Shown here piece after piece: positions 26,876-37,000 of a stretch of DNA of 64,000 nt. This DNA comes from a virus (Duplodnaviria; Caudoviricetes). Both the position numbers and the translations under genes were made by a program. Each line of letters opens with the position of its first letter. The first letter of the stretch is position 1. The stretch covers positions 1-64,000 of the IMG/VR virus record IMGVR_UViG_3300028888_000084; one strand, written 5' to 3'. Under the pieces are notes generated by a model. That model was not told the origin of the DNA, did no database searches, and saw nothing but the letters and a program-made list of their open reading frames with translations.

Positions 26876-27091
26876 TTATTCTTCATTCCTTTCATCTTCT
26901 ATTATAGTCTTTTCATATAGTCCACAATGGCAAATTCCTTCTGCCATTTCACGAAATTCTCTGCACATACATTTTGTATCAGCATTTTTCGTTAATCTAC
27001 AAGGACAATATCCTTCATTTTCTTTTAATTTCCTTTTAATGATGTCTACATACTCTTTATCGTCTACTAATTTAATTACTGTTTTTGGCAT
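26876..27091 (-). CDS. ferredoxin-thioredoxin reductase catalytic-subunit-like protein
   Basis: GYCPCR...CMC...CHCGLY. Confidence 0.75.
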   Translation of the reverse strand: MPKTVIKLVDDKEYVDIIKRKLKENEGYCPCRLTKNADTKCMCREFREMAEGICHCGLYEKTIIEDERNEE

Positions 27092-27093
27092 AT

Positions 27094-27303
27094 CTACATC
27101 TCCTCGTCTTTCATCCATTCCACATGTTTGCCTACCATATAGAAATCAAGATCTTTATTACCCAACAAAATTTCTATATCTTTATTAGGTAATATTTTTA
27201 TTTCGTCATATCCAGTATTATTTAAAAATAAGTACTCACTAATTCCTATTGTGGCATCTTGTGGTAACTTGCTTAATTCCTCAATAAATTCTTTTACTGT
27301 CAA
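27094..27303 (-). CDS. small hypothetical protein
   Basis: MTVKEFIEELSKLPQDA. Confidence 0.7.
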   Translation of the reverse strand: MTVKEFIEELSKLPQDATIGISEYLFLNNTGYDEIKILPNKDIEILLGNKDLDFYMVGKHVEWMKDEEM

Positions 27304-27377
27304 TATATCATCTCCTGCAAATACGAATTTATCTTACAATTATATTGTATAACGGAATCACGAAATTGTCAAGTATT

Positions 27378-28214
27378 TTAATAAAATCTTATAACACCAT
27401 TACTTAACATATAAGCATGCTTGTCATCATCTGGTTTTATATAATAAAAATCTTCATTAGATATAACATCAGATATATTTTTGATTATAGATGTATGATA
27501 ATTAAGATCGGTATCTTGCGACATATCATTGCTTTTAAAATAAATATCAGTATTTGTAACTTGAACATTTAATCCTAAACTTACAATGATAGATACAATA
27601 CTGTTATCAAATTCGCTATCTAATTTAGGAATTCTTCCCCATTTCATAGAATCGTTTGGTATACATATTCCTTCTAAAAAACCTAATTTGAATTTTCCAC
27701 TTGTATCGAACATTGTTTGTTTTAATAAAGTTTTATCATTGTCAAAATCTATATATCTTTTTATCATAGTTTGAACGGTTTTAGAATGTGTTGTTAATGA
27801 ATCGTCGGTTTTTGTAGTTGAACTTCCGCACATTTCCCATAATTCCTGTAAAGCATTTAAAGATCTTTTATCGTTAGTGCGAAATACAGTATCATTTCCA
27901 GAAAAATATCCACCATTTAAGAACAACCCTATTGAATATCCCAACATAGCCATTCCTATATTATTACCATTATCTGCTTTATTTAAGTATATTGTGTCGC
28001 CAACACATAACGATTCGTCATCTGTAATAAAAAATTCTATACCATTGTCTAATGTTACCTTTTTTATATTTTTAGGTATAACACTGTCTATATGTGCTGG
28101 AACCCAATTAAATCCATTCCATACACCAAATATTGATTGCAATGGTAAATCTTTAGCCTGTTTTAATTGAATTTGATTGTTTATTTTTACTAGAATAGTA
28201 TCATTTTGTAGCAT
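27378..28214 (-). CDS. free-standing degenerate intein-like protein (Hint + LAGLIDADG-like)
   Basis: VWNG..W, KVTLDNG.EF.ITDD, GYSIGLFLNGG, LGFLEGI, C-terminal HAYMLSNGVI; lacks the Cys1 and His-Asn ends. Confidence 0.55.
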   Translation of the reverse strand: MLQNDTILVKINNQIQLKQAKDLPLQSIFGVWNGFNWVPAHIDSVIPKNIKKVTLDNGIEFFITDDESLCVGDTIYLNKADNGNNIGMAMLGYSIGLFLNGGYFSGNDTVFRTNDKRSLNALQELWEMCGSSTTKTDDSLTTHSKTVQTMIKRYIDFDNDKTLLKQTMFDTSGKFKLGFLEGICIPNDSMKWGRIPKLDSEFDNSIVSIIVSLGLNVQVTNTDIYFKSNDMSQDTDLNYHTSIIKNISDVISNEDFYYIKPDDDKHAYMLSNGVIRFY

Positions 28215-28231
28215 TAAATAACCCCTCCTCC

Positions 28232-28705
28232 CTATAATGTATTTCTATTGTTCTTTTTAAATAGAAACGTGGTATCTGTCCAATCATTATTATTTTTAGT
28301 GAGAAATATTTGGTTTGTGTTTTCAGAATCCAATCCACCATATTCGTCTTTGTAACTTCCATATTTTATAAAATCTAAATAAGGAAGGAATATTTGCAAA
28401 TTATCAAAATTGTCACATCCAGTATATAAACATGTTTTTAAACCAATTTGTTTTATGCGATTAAGTGCAGATATTAATTCATCTGCACTTTGATCGCCAC
28501 CCATAAAACAAACACAAGTAATTAAATTTTTATACTTGTCTAGTAAATCATTTAACACGTTATCTAATGGACTACCAATATCTTCCCATAGAAATTTAGA
28601 ATGACAACTAGGACAATGATATGGACAATTACTTATATTCAGAACCAAACTTACTTCGTTTGGTACTTCTTGAAATACAATATCATAATTATAAACCTTC
28701 AACAT
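28232..28705 (-). CDS. nrdG: anaerobic ribonucleotide reductase activase
   Basis: IVFQEVP.E, CPYHCPSCHS radical-SAM motif, FMGG, TNQ; start moved to MLKVY. Confidence 0.92.
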   Translation of the reverse strand: MLKVYNYDIVFQEVPNEVSLVLNISNCPYHCPSCHSKFLWEDIGSPLDNVLNDLLDKYKNLITCVCFMGGDQSADELISALNRIKQIGLKTCLYTGCDNFDNLQIFLPYLDFIKYGSYKDEYGGLDSENTNQIFLTKNNNDWTDTTFLFKKNNRNTL

Positions 28706-30542
28706 CTTTATCACCATTTGCATAATATCTTGTTTTTTCTTCGGCTTGTCTGGCTTCTGAAAAATTAGACACACGTTTCAAATATCCTATTATTCTTGTT
28801 AGCCAGTCTACATTTTTACTATGGCATTTAGGACAGAATTTCAAATTTTCCTTGGTTATATATCCGCAATCATTACAAACTGTATTAGGAATATTAAATG
28901 TAAAATACGAACAACCTGTTTTGATTGCTACATCTAATAAATGTAAATACTGTTCTTTGGTTAAATGTTCCGATAAATTTGCGTGAAGTGCAGAACCGCC
29001 ATCGAGATATTTTGTTAATTTATCTCCGTGTAGTATAAATTTATCAATTATAGACGTATTTTCATCTTCTACTACATAGAAATAGCTGTTATAACAATCT
29101 CTAGGTGAAAATAATCCATCTTCTTTATCCCACTTAGCATTTTTAACTCCAAGATTCTCCGCTGGAACAAATTCAGTATTAAACATAACTTCCTTTGTTC
29201 TTGCTTTTTTATTTTCTTCATAAATAGGTTTTAAAATCATTTCACCGTATTCATAATATTTATCATTATAAGCCGAAGGTTTTATTCCAAGAAATTCGGC
29301 GCCTTCAACAAATCCTTGTATTCCTATTGTTAAATATTGTTTAGGTAAAGATATATATCCTGCGTCATAAATAGGCAATAATCCAGACGCTTGAAAATCT
29401 TTAAGTATTTCATTATAGGCAATAAGATATTTGTGTATTTTTTGAACTTGTTCTCTTACCATATCTTCTATATTTTTGTTTTCTTTTGTAGCCTTTTGTA
29501 CTAATCTATTTATATTTATGGTTATAACACCCTTTGAACCAGTAGATACGCCACCTGCACCTAATGTATAAGAAAATGTGTTGTCAGTTATACCATTCTT
29601 AAGACGACAGCACGATGCTAAACTATCTACGCTATCACTTCTATATAAGAAAAACGAATGTCCTTCTGCCCACATTTCCGCAGCGAAATCTGCCCATTCT
29701 TTGTCTACATATCCATTTTCATCATTTAAAAGATTTAATGTTTCAACAGGAAAAGTTAAAGGTGTTTTCAATCTTTCAGCATTAAACCATTTCATAAATC
29801 TTTTTTGCAGCCAACTTACACTTTCCCATTGCATTTTGCTACCGTCTGGAAATATAAAATCTTCAAATACACCTTCAAAATAAGGTTTGTCGAAATATGC
29901 TATGTTCCAAAATACACTTTGGAAATTTCTTGCTGCCGCAGGTTGGTTCAGTGAATAAACAATTTGTTGAAAAATATTACAAAGAACAGCATCTAACGTT
30001 CTTTTTCTTTTTGTATTATCTGCTTGCATATCAGTATGCAAATAATAATCGTCACCATATTCTTTTCTAATAAAATAATCCATATAAGATAAAAATTCAG
30101 GTGTTGCTACTGCACCAGCAAATTGTGATGCTACTGCAAAAACAAGATTTATAAATGCACCAGCAAAAGAATTTAAGTTTTGTGGTGCTTCTGAAACTCC
30201 ACCTATTGGCTTTAATCCATAAAATATAAAAGGATACATTGTTATACTTACACAATATGGCATACAAGGGTTTGTTTCGTCATGCCTATAAATTTCATGA
30301 TTGTCTAATTGCCTTATATATTCTTCAGCTAAATCTTCACCATATATTTCAGCAATTTTTTGTTGCATATTTAATCTGTTTATGCCTATTGCATCACCTT
30401 TATATAATTCACCAGTCAATGTTGTAACATTTTTCTTCTCTACATTTGCATTGCTATCATACTGACTTCCAGTAGATGCATTAGATGCTTTTTTATATTT
30501 GCTTATAAAATTCAAGTAAGGTTGATACTTTGTGTAGTCCAT
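28689..30542 (-). CDS. nrdD: class III (anaerobic) ribonucleotide reductase without ATP cone
   Basis: YC, SCCRL, PAE, CNDCG..CPKC and RIIGYL glycyl-radical motif. Confidence 0.95.
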   Translation of the reverse strand: MDYTKYQPYLNFISKYKKASNASTGSQYDSNANVEKKNVTTLTGELYKGDAIGINRLNMQQKIAEIYGEDLAEEYIRQLDNHEIYRHDETNPCMPYCVSITMYPFIFYGLKPIGGVSEAPQNLNSFAGAFINLVFAVASQFAGAVATPEFLSYMDYFIRKEYGDDYYLHTDMQADNTKRKRTLDAVLCNIFQQIVYSLNQPAAARNFQSVFWNIAYFDKPYFEGVFEDFIFPDGSKMQWESVSWLQKRFMKWFNAERLKTPLTFPVETLNLLNDENGYVDKEWADFAAEMWAEGHSFFLYRSDSVDSLASCCRLKNGITDNTFSYTLGAGGVSTGSKGVITININRLVQKATKENKNIEDMVREQVQKIHKYLIAYNEILKDFQASGLLPIYDAGYISLPKQYLTIGIQGFVEGAEFLGIKPSAYNDKYYEYGEMILKPIYEENKKARTKEVMFNTEFVPAENLGVKNAKWDKEDGLFSPRDCYNSYFYVVEDENTSIIDKFILHGDKLTKYLDGGSALHANLSEHLTKEQYLHLLDVAIKTGCSYFTFNIPNTVCNDCGYITKENLKFCPKCHSKNVDWLTRIIGYLKRVSNFSEARQAEEKTRYYANGDKDVEGL

Positions 30543-30559
30543 TTTATTTCCTCCTAATT

Positions 30560-30772
30560 CTACAAATTATTTATCCACTGTAACGAATCTGAAAAATTCA
30601 TTAATTTATTATCTATTTTAATCCACGGAACATCTTTTAGTCCCATAGAAATCATTTCATCAATATCTGTGCGTTTCACAAAACCCACATTTTTTTCTGC
30701 CAATTTTTGTTCTAATATCATGCATCTAGGACAACCATTGGAATACAATATTACTTCATATTTATCTTCCAT
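30560..30772 (-). CDS. glutaredoxin/NrdH-like protein
   Basis: CPRC motif and VP; directly upstream of nrdD. Confidence 0.8.
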   Translation of the reverse strand: MEDKYEVILYSNGCPRCMILEQKLAEKNVGFVKRTDIDEMISMGLKDVPWIKIDNKLMNFSDSLQWINNL

Positions 30773-30776
30773 AATA

Positions 30777-31511
30777 TCATTCCTTTCTGTTATATATAAA
30801 TAATTTCTCTGTTCTTGTCCTTTCTTGGGTGTTTTTGCTAATGTTGTTATCTATATTAGTTTTTACTTTCTTCTCCCATATAACATCAAATTCCCTCGGC
30901 ATATTATACTCGCTAATTATTACTGTATTATTTTTCGATAATTTTTTTGCAAATTCATAAAACTCGTCATATGGAAAATCTTTGGTTTTATATTTTGTTG
31001 TATCTCTATATGGAATATCGCAATAAACAACATAATTATTTATTTTAGTTATATCTATATCACGAAAATCCATACATACAAAGTTTATATCATTGAATTT
31101 TTTTGCTTGCTCTTTTAATGTCTTTATGGCAGATGCAGACCAGTCACCACTATTATCACCCTTGTAATTTCTTGCGTATCCACCAAAATACTTAGCACCA
31201 AAAGATGAACAAAATCCAACTAATCCAACGTACCAGTCATCATAATCATCTCTGTTGTTTTTAACTTTGTTATATTCATCTTCTGTTATTCTATCTGGTA
31301 TTTTATCACTATTAGTTTTTGCGTAATTTAATAAAGCTATTAATTGCGGATGAATATCTATTGCAATCTTGTTTTTACATAATATTTTATCAATTATATT
31401 AGCTCCACCGCAAAAACAATCTATAAATCCATCTGTGTTTTTGTCTATATAACTTTGTATGATGGGAATAATATCACTTGCTATTTTATTTTTACTACCT
31501 AAATAACGCAT
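30777..31511 (-). CDS. Dam-like DNA adenine methyltransferase
   Basis: MRYLGSK, D.FCGG, YCDIPY (DPPY variant), ISEY. Confidence 0.85.
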   Translation of the reverse strand: MRYLGSKNKIASDIIPIIQSYIDKNTDGFIDCFCGGANIIDKILCKNKIAIDIHPQLIALLNYAKTNSDKIPDRITEDEYNKVKNNRDDYDDWYVGLVGFCSSFGAKYFGGYARNYKGDNSGDWSASAIKTLKEQAKKFNDINFVCMDFRDIDITKINNYVVYCDIPYRDTTKYKTKDFPYDEFYEFAKKLSKNNTVIISEYNMPREFDVIWEKKVKTNIDNNISKNTQERTRTEKLFIYNRKE

Positions 31512-31589
31512 TAGCCTATCCCCTCCTTTTATTCTCTTGTTTATAATAAAATTATAACATATATAATTTTAGCAGTCAATAATAAATTA

Positions 31590-31619
31590 TAGTATGCCCT
31601 GTTTTCGCAGGGCATACTA
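31590..31619 (-). terminator. hairpin, probable terminator
   Basis: TAGTATGCCCTG / CAGGGCATACTA. Confidence 0.65.
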
Positions 31620-31629
31620 GGTAGTGCTA

Positions 31630-31950
31630 TCATTCATCTGACTCTTCTACTTCCTCGTTAAAAGGCATATGATATCGTTTGTTTATATTCTTTCTTGCAG
31701 TTTCCATAAGTTCGTCATATTCAGGTGTTCCGTATTTTAAGCTATTAACGATATCAAAATGGCAATGTTGACAAAGTATCATACTGTCTTTCAAGGTTGT
31801 AGTGTGACTAATGCTATATGGAATGATGTGGTGAAGTGTTAAATCTTTAATGTCGAATTTTTCCATGCACAACCAACAATATTTGCCATATTTTGATAGC
31901 AATTCTTGTTTTACGACCTTTTTTCCGCCATCACGTCTTGTTTTTGACAT
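31630..31950 (-). CDS. HNH endonuclease
   Basis: CWLC...TLHHIIP...LCQHCH. Confidence 0.8.
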   Translation of the reverse strand: MSKTRRDGGKKVVKQELLSKYGKYCWLCMEKFDIKDLTLHHIIPYSISHTTTLKDSMILCQHCHFDIVNSLKYGTPEYDELMETARKNINKRYHMPFNEEVEESDE

Positions 31951-32173
31951 AAATACCTCCAAAATACGTTTTCCATAAAAACCTTATTTTATGGTGATTT
32001 TTAAGGCTTCAAACACACTGTTCATGCGGGTTTCAAAATTTTCGACCACCACTTTTCGGATTTTTTTACGTTTTTGTGCGATTTCATACATTTTTCATGT
32101 TTTTTTGTCCTTCCTTTCAAAAGAGATTGGAATTTATATCTTATAAAGATATATGGCGACACTAACCGATAGG

Positions 32174-32881
32174 TTAGTTAGTGCTCAATGTTATGTAATT
32201 TAATGGATTTTTAGCAATTCCATCTTTATGTATTTCAAAGTGCAAATGATTTCCAGTAGCATTTCCCGTTCTTCCCATATGACCTATTAAATCGCCTTTA
32301 TTTACTTCTTGATTTAAATCGATACATATATCTTGAAGATGTGCGTATAAAGTCTTATATCCATCTGGATGTTCTATTACTATGTGATTACCATAGCTTA
32401 CATTGGAATATACTTTCTTTATACAAGTGCCATCATATGCTGCATAAATTTCAGTTCCTGCAGAATTATATATATCAACAGCAGGATGTGATCTTTTAAA
32501 TCCTTGTGATTTTTTACCAACACAAGGTGTAAGAAAATTTATATCATTTGCAACTTCATTTGTTTCCTCTTCTTCTTTTGTAACTTGTGGTATTTCTCTT
32601 TCTACACTAGATCTACTTGTAACAGTAGATGTATCTTTTATTCTGTTTATTACTGGTTCTGTATGTTCTTTGCTGTCAAATGTATTTTCTTGTGTAATAA
32701 TTTCATTGCTATTTTCTTGTATTTCTGCCTTTTCTTCTGAATTTACTTCTTGTGGTATCACAAATTCAGTATCCTTTTCGTCTTGTTTAATATCTTCATA
32801 TTTCATGTCTGGTATAAAAATTAATTTCATGGTTATCACAGAAATAATAAGAATATTAGTTAGTAATTTAATTGTTTTCAA
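32174..32881 (-). CDS. secreted or membrane-anchored M23 peptidase
   Basis: N-terminal hydrophobic segment; H.AVD, YGN, YAHL, G.TG.ATG.HLHFE; TTG start. Confidence 0.9.
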   Translation of the reverse strand: MKTIKLLTNILIISVITMKLIFIPDMKYEDIKQDEKDTEFVIPQEVNSEEKAEIQENSNEIITQENTFDSKEHTEPVINRIKDTSTVTSRSSVEREIPQVTKEEEETNEVANDINFLTPCVGKKSQGFKRSHPAVDIYNSAGTEIYAAYDGTCIKKVYSNVSYGNHIVIEHPDGYKTLYAHLQDICIDLNQEVNKGDLIGHMGRTGNATGNHLHFEIHKDGIAKNPLNYITLSTN

Positions 32882-32898
32882 AATACATTCACCTCAAT

Positions 32899-32937
32899 TT
32901 ATTTTGCTGGCATATTTTCAATAGCTTCTCCCCACAT
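32899..32937 (-). CDS. micro-ORF MWGEAIENMPAK (copy 2)
   Basis: GAGGTG RBS, ATG start, TAA stop. Confidence 0.55.
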   Translation of the reverse strand: MWGEAIENMPAK

Positions 32938-32954
32938 AATACATTCACCTCTGT

Positions 32955-32993
32955 TTATTTTGCTGGCATATTTTCAATAGCTTCTCCCCACAC
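32955..32993 (-). CDS. micro-ORF MWGEAIENMPAK (copy 1)
   Basis: AGGGGTG RBS, GTG start, TAA stop. Confidence 0.55.
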   Translation of the reverse strand: MWGEAIENMPAK

Positions 32994-33023
32994 AATACAT
33001 TCACCCCTAATTAAAGATAATAA

Positions 33024-33062
33024 CTAATCCAAGATAACTTCTTCAAATCCATCATGCCACAT
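33024..33062 (-). CDS. micro-ORF MWHDGFEEVILD
   Basis: AAAGGAGG RBS, ATG start, TAG stop. Confidence 0.6.
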   Translation of the reverse strand: MWHDGFEEVILD

Positions 33063-33084
33063 AATGATTCCTCCTTTTATATAT

Positions 33085-33120
33085 TTAATAAGCAATGCCA
33101 TCAAATATTGGATGCCACAC
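33085..33120 (-). CDS. micro-ORF MWHPIFDGIAY
   Basis: AAAGGAGTG RBS, GTG start, TAA stop. Confidence 0.6.
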   Translation of the reverse strand: MWHPIFDGIAY

Positions 33121-33140
33121 GATAATCACTCCTTTATGTA

Positions 33141-33165
33141 TTTAAGTGGCATTTCGCCACTTAAA
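33141..33165 (-). other. hairpin upstream of the micro-ORF array
   Basis: TTTAAGTGGC / GCCACTTAAA; no U-run follows on the minus strand. Confidence 0.6.
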
Positions 33166-33169
33166 CCGT

Positions 33170-33676
33170 TTATTGTTCTGCATCGTAATTATCGTCATCT
33201 TCATCATCTTCAGCATTTTCTGCTATAGATATTTTTTTGTCTATATTACAGTCATCACTTATACATAAAAGTAAATCACCATCTTTTGTAATAACAGATA
33301 TTTGATTTAAGTTATTAAGCGAATCAATTTCACACCACGATACATATACCAAAGTTGGTTCAATATTTTCATCCTCATATTGGACTTCTATTGCTACTAT
33401 GTCATTATATTGTGTTATTCTATCAAAAGCATTATATTCTCCATAAAGTCCATTATTTATACTTATATTAAAAGATTTATCTATCATCATTGTCAAAGAA
33501 TCGCATGAATCATAAATCACTTGATTTTCATTTCCATATGAGTAATTAGGATTTATATTTGATAGAAAAAAGTGTTTTATATACCTTATCGGAATAACCA
33601 ATTCTTCTACGTTTTCAAAAACCAAATTGATATTTTTAATTTTAGCATCTTGTAGTTTTTTTAAATCACTCAACAT
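33170..33676 (-). CDS. acidic hypothetical protein
   Basis: 168 aa; LVFEN.E...DRI..YNDIVAI. Confidence 0.75.
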   Translation of the reverse strand: MLSDLKKLQDAKIKNINLVFENVEELVIPIRYIKHFFLSNINPNYSYGNENQVIYDSCDSLTMMIDKSFNISINNGLYGEYNAFDRITQYNDIVAIEVQYEDENIEPTLVYVSWCEIDSLNNLNQISVITKDGDLLLCISDDCNIDKKISIAENAEDDEDDDNYDAEQ

Positions 33677-33971
33677 CTGTCACCTCCGTAACATCAATTA
33701 CATTATCATCTAAAGTTACATTGGCATCAACATTATCATCTTTTTGTTCAAAAACAGTGTCAAACTGATAGTTGTCTTGAATTTGTGATAAATTGATGTC
33801 GTTTTCTTTACGATATTTTTCATACCAGTTGTCCAATATCTTTTGTATTGAAGTACCAAATGTAGCAAAATTAGAGCAAGACAAACATGAAACAGTATTA
33901 TATTGCGTACAAGTTTTACACTTATCATAGCTATCATAAAGATTTTTAATATCATCTTTAGTTTCGTTCAT
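33666..33971 (-). CDS. hypothetical protein with Cys cluster
   Basis: CKTC...CLSC; start moved to MNETK after a GGAGG RBS. Confidence 0.7.
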   Translation of the reverse strand: MNETKDDIKNLYDSYDKCKTCTQYNTVSCLSCSNFATFGTSIQKILDNWYEKYRKENDINLSQIQDNYQFDTVFEQKDDNVDANVTLDDNVIDVTEVTDVE

Positions 33972-33996
33972 TAACACCCCTCCTCCCCTTATAAGA

Positions 33997-34025
33997 ATTA
34001 TATCATAAATTATACTGATAGTCAA
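33997..34025 (-). promoter_or_regulatory. sigmaA-type promoter
   Basis: TTGACT-17 bp-TATAAT with extended -10 TG. Confidence 0.75.
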
Positions 34026-34029
34026 TATA

Positions 34030-37000
34030 TTATTGACATTTTATATAATTAGATAAATACCAGCTTACTCTGTCATTGTATACCTTTTTTTGCATACAAT
34101 TTGGATTTACTTGAATGATGTCATTTTCTAATAAAGGATTTTTATCAAATATTTTTTGATAAACAAGAAGTTCGTTATTTTTAGAACTATACAATGATAC
34201 ACAATCCAATGCATATGCCCATGTTTTACTTTTATCCTTTGTTCTTAATGGTTTCACACTTTTAACTAACAGCTTAAACCTATCTTCGGGATTGCTAGAC
34301 CTTAGATCAGTATATCCCATATATTCTTGTTGCCAAGATATTTTGTCTTTTGCTGAAAAATCATTTGTTATTGTGACTTTATAATATTCATATAATTCAC
34401 GCATAATAGACATGCAATCTATTTCACGAAATTGTTTTTCTGTATGTTTACTGTTTCTTGATATTACGGATTTTACAAATTCGTCAGTTATTTTGGCTTT
34501 GTCTATTTGCTTAGCAGTTCCAAATTTGAAAAACGCAAACATTTCATAAATCTTACTTAAAAATTGTGAATTGCCGTAATTTTTGAAGTAGTCTAATTTA
34601 ATTAATATATCTATTTGTCGTGAATTACAGCTTGTATTTTTTATATCCATAAGAAGATCTAAAAAATTATCATGCTTTTCTAAAGATAATTGATATAATT
34701 CTTCTGCAACAGTATCGTTTAAAAACTTAATTGAACCTATTCCTTTAAATATAGTGTTATTTTCTTTGTCCATATTGTAATTTGACCTAGACTTACCAAA
34801 TTCAATATCTGATATTTTTATCCCAAAATATTTTAATTCGTCTGTTAAATTAACAGTTCTATCTTGGTCATCACCATATAGATTTAAAACAACAGTATAA
34901 TATTCCAATGGATAATGCGATTTCAAATAAGCACCATAAATGCTATCTATCGCAACTGATAAGCTATGTGATGCATTAAAAGAATAATGTGCTGCATCCA
35001 TTACAACTTGCCACGTATTATTAAATCCATCTTCTTTTCCAACTTGTTTGATCCAACCCTGCAATAACTGCCCACGAAGTTTTTCCAATTCATCTTCTTT
35101 GAATTTTTTCTTTGCTATTTTCTTGATTATATCATAAGTTCCTTTTTCTTCTATTCCTAACCATACTAAATATTTCATAATCGATTCTTGGTACATCATA
35201 AAATGGAATGAATCTTGTAAAATATTATCTAATTCTGGAACACCAGTAGTATAGCTTTTTCTATCTAAAAAGGTATTTAACAAACTTGAAAATCCAGGTC
35301 TTATTGCAGCAACCCACGCACTCATTTCAGCCAAAGACCTTGGTTTATATCTTCTTAAAGTTTGCTTTCCAAAGTCACTATCTGATTGATTTATTGTAGT
35401 AGTTAATCCCTTTTCATAAATTTCCCACACTTTATCGTCACAATTATTTATAAGTTGTGATATATTATCAATAGGTCTTCCTATTAATTTATAAACATCA
35501 TCTATTATTTCCCATACTTTTACAGTTAGATAGTCATTTTTCAGGTATTTATAATAATCGCAATTATATCCATCTAATGCACAACAAATTATATCGCCAA
35601 CTTTTATAAGTCCAACCTCTTCTGAAATAGGTTTATCTAGTAATAAAAATGAACAAGGTGATGGTGCTATACTTTCTATAACACCACGAAACCTTTTGCT
35701 ACCTTCTATTAAATCTTTCCATTTTTCATCTTCTACATACTTTTCTAAATCTTTAGCTATTTCATCGTAATCTGCTATATTCAGATCATTGGCTTTGCAC
35801 CATAATCTAAAAGCGGAAGATTCTTGAAGTGGTTTATAGGCAACCATATAGTATATTCCGTCATCACCAAGTATATCTTTACTAGCTTTAATTACTGGAT
35901 CGACATTTGCAAAATTCAAATCTATATCTGGAAGACTTCTTGAAGATAATATTCTTTCTGCACTCATAAACCTTGTAGGATAGAGCGTAATTGGTGCTTT
36001 TATTCTATCTACTTCAGTAAGACCAAGTAGTTTATTAATATAAAAACTAACAGCACTTCCACGACCACTTCTTGTTAATACAGCATCATAATCCGTAACT
36101 GCGTGTTTGACAATATTATAGTCTAATATAAAGTAATCTGCCATTCCACAATTTTTTATTATGTTCAATTCATAATCTATTGCATCCTCGTAAACAGACC
36201 ATTTATTTTTATTAACAGAATATTTTTCTTTTGCCCAAGCACTATACACTATTTCCTTCAATTTTTCATCGCTATCTTCTTGTATAATCTTTGGTATTTT
36301 AAATTCTTTATCTATACTTATTGGCTCAGCATTATCAAATATAAGCGTATTATTTAATGCTTCTATAGCCAAGTCATCAGGTATTACCCCTTGTACTTTA
36401 TACCTACTTAATATTTCATCAGATGTAGGATAATCTAATATAAAATTATTTTCTTCTTCATATATTATTCCTTTAGCTTTTAAGAATAAATCTCTGTATT
36501 TAGAATCTTCAGGTTTGATATAATGACTATCACAACCATGAATTAATTTTATATTATATTTTTTATGAACTTCAAGAATTTTTTTATTGTATTCTTTTTG
36601 TATATCTACATTATGATCTTGTATTTCTAAATATAAACTATCGCCAAAATGTTTATATACAGGTATCAAGAATTTGTCTTCCCAATCATCTTTAAACATT
36701 CTTCCCGCAATACAAGCCGTTGTAACGATTACATCATTTGGTGATAGGGTTAATAGCATTTCTAGATCGATTCTAGGTTTATAATAAAACCCAATCGTAT
36801 TAGCCAACGATAAAATTTTATTTATTTGTTTTCTTCCCTTTTCAGTCATAGCTATTAAAACTATGTGATAATTACCCCTATCATCTTTATTAGTAGCATC
36901 ATCTACATAATAAGCCTCTGTACCGTATATACATTTCATTCCATTTGCTTCACACAAGGTTTGTGCTTCGTATATATTACCTTGAAATCCATGTTCAGTT

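Larger units (their letters stand above)
32882..33006. repeat. 56-bp tandem direct repeat (2 copies plus a partial third), each unit being RBS + micro-ORF
   Basis: AATACATTCACC at 32882, 32938 and 32994; near-identical units. Confidence 0.9.

Noticed and set aside
32882-33006. 56-bp repeats as a CRISPR mini-array
   Set aside because: The units are contiguous with no unique spacers and there are no cas genes. They are better explained as a duplicated RBS + micro-ORF.
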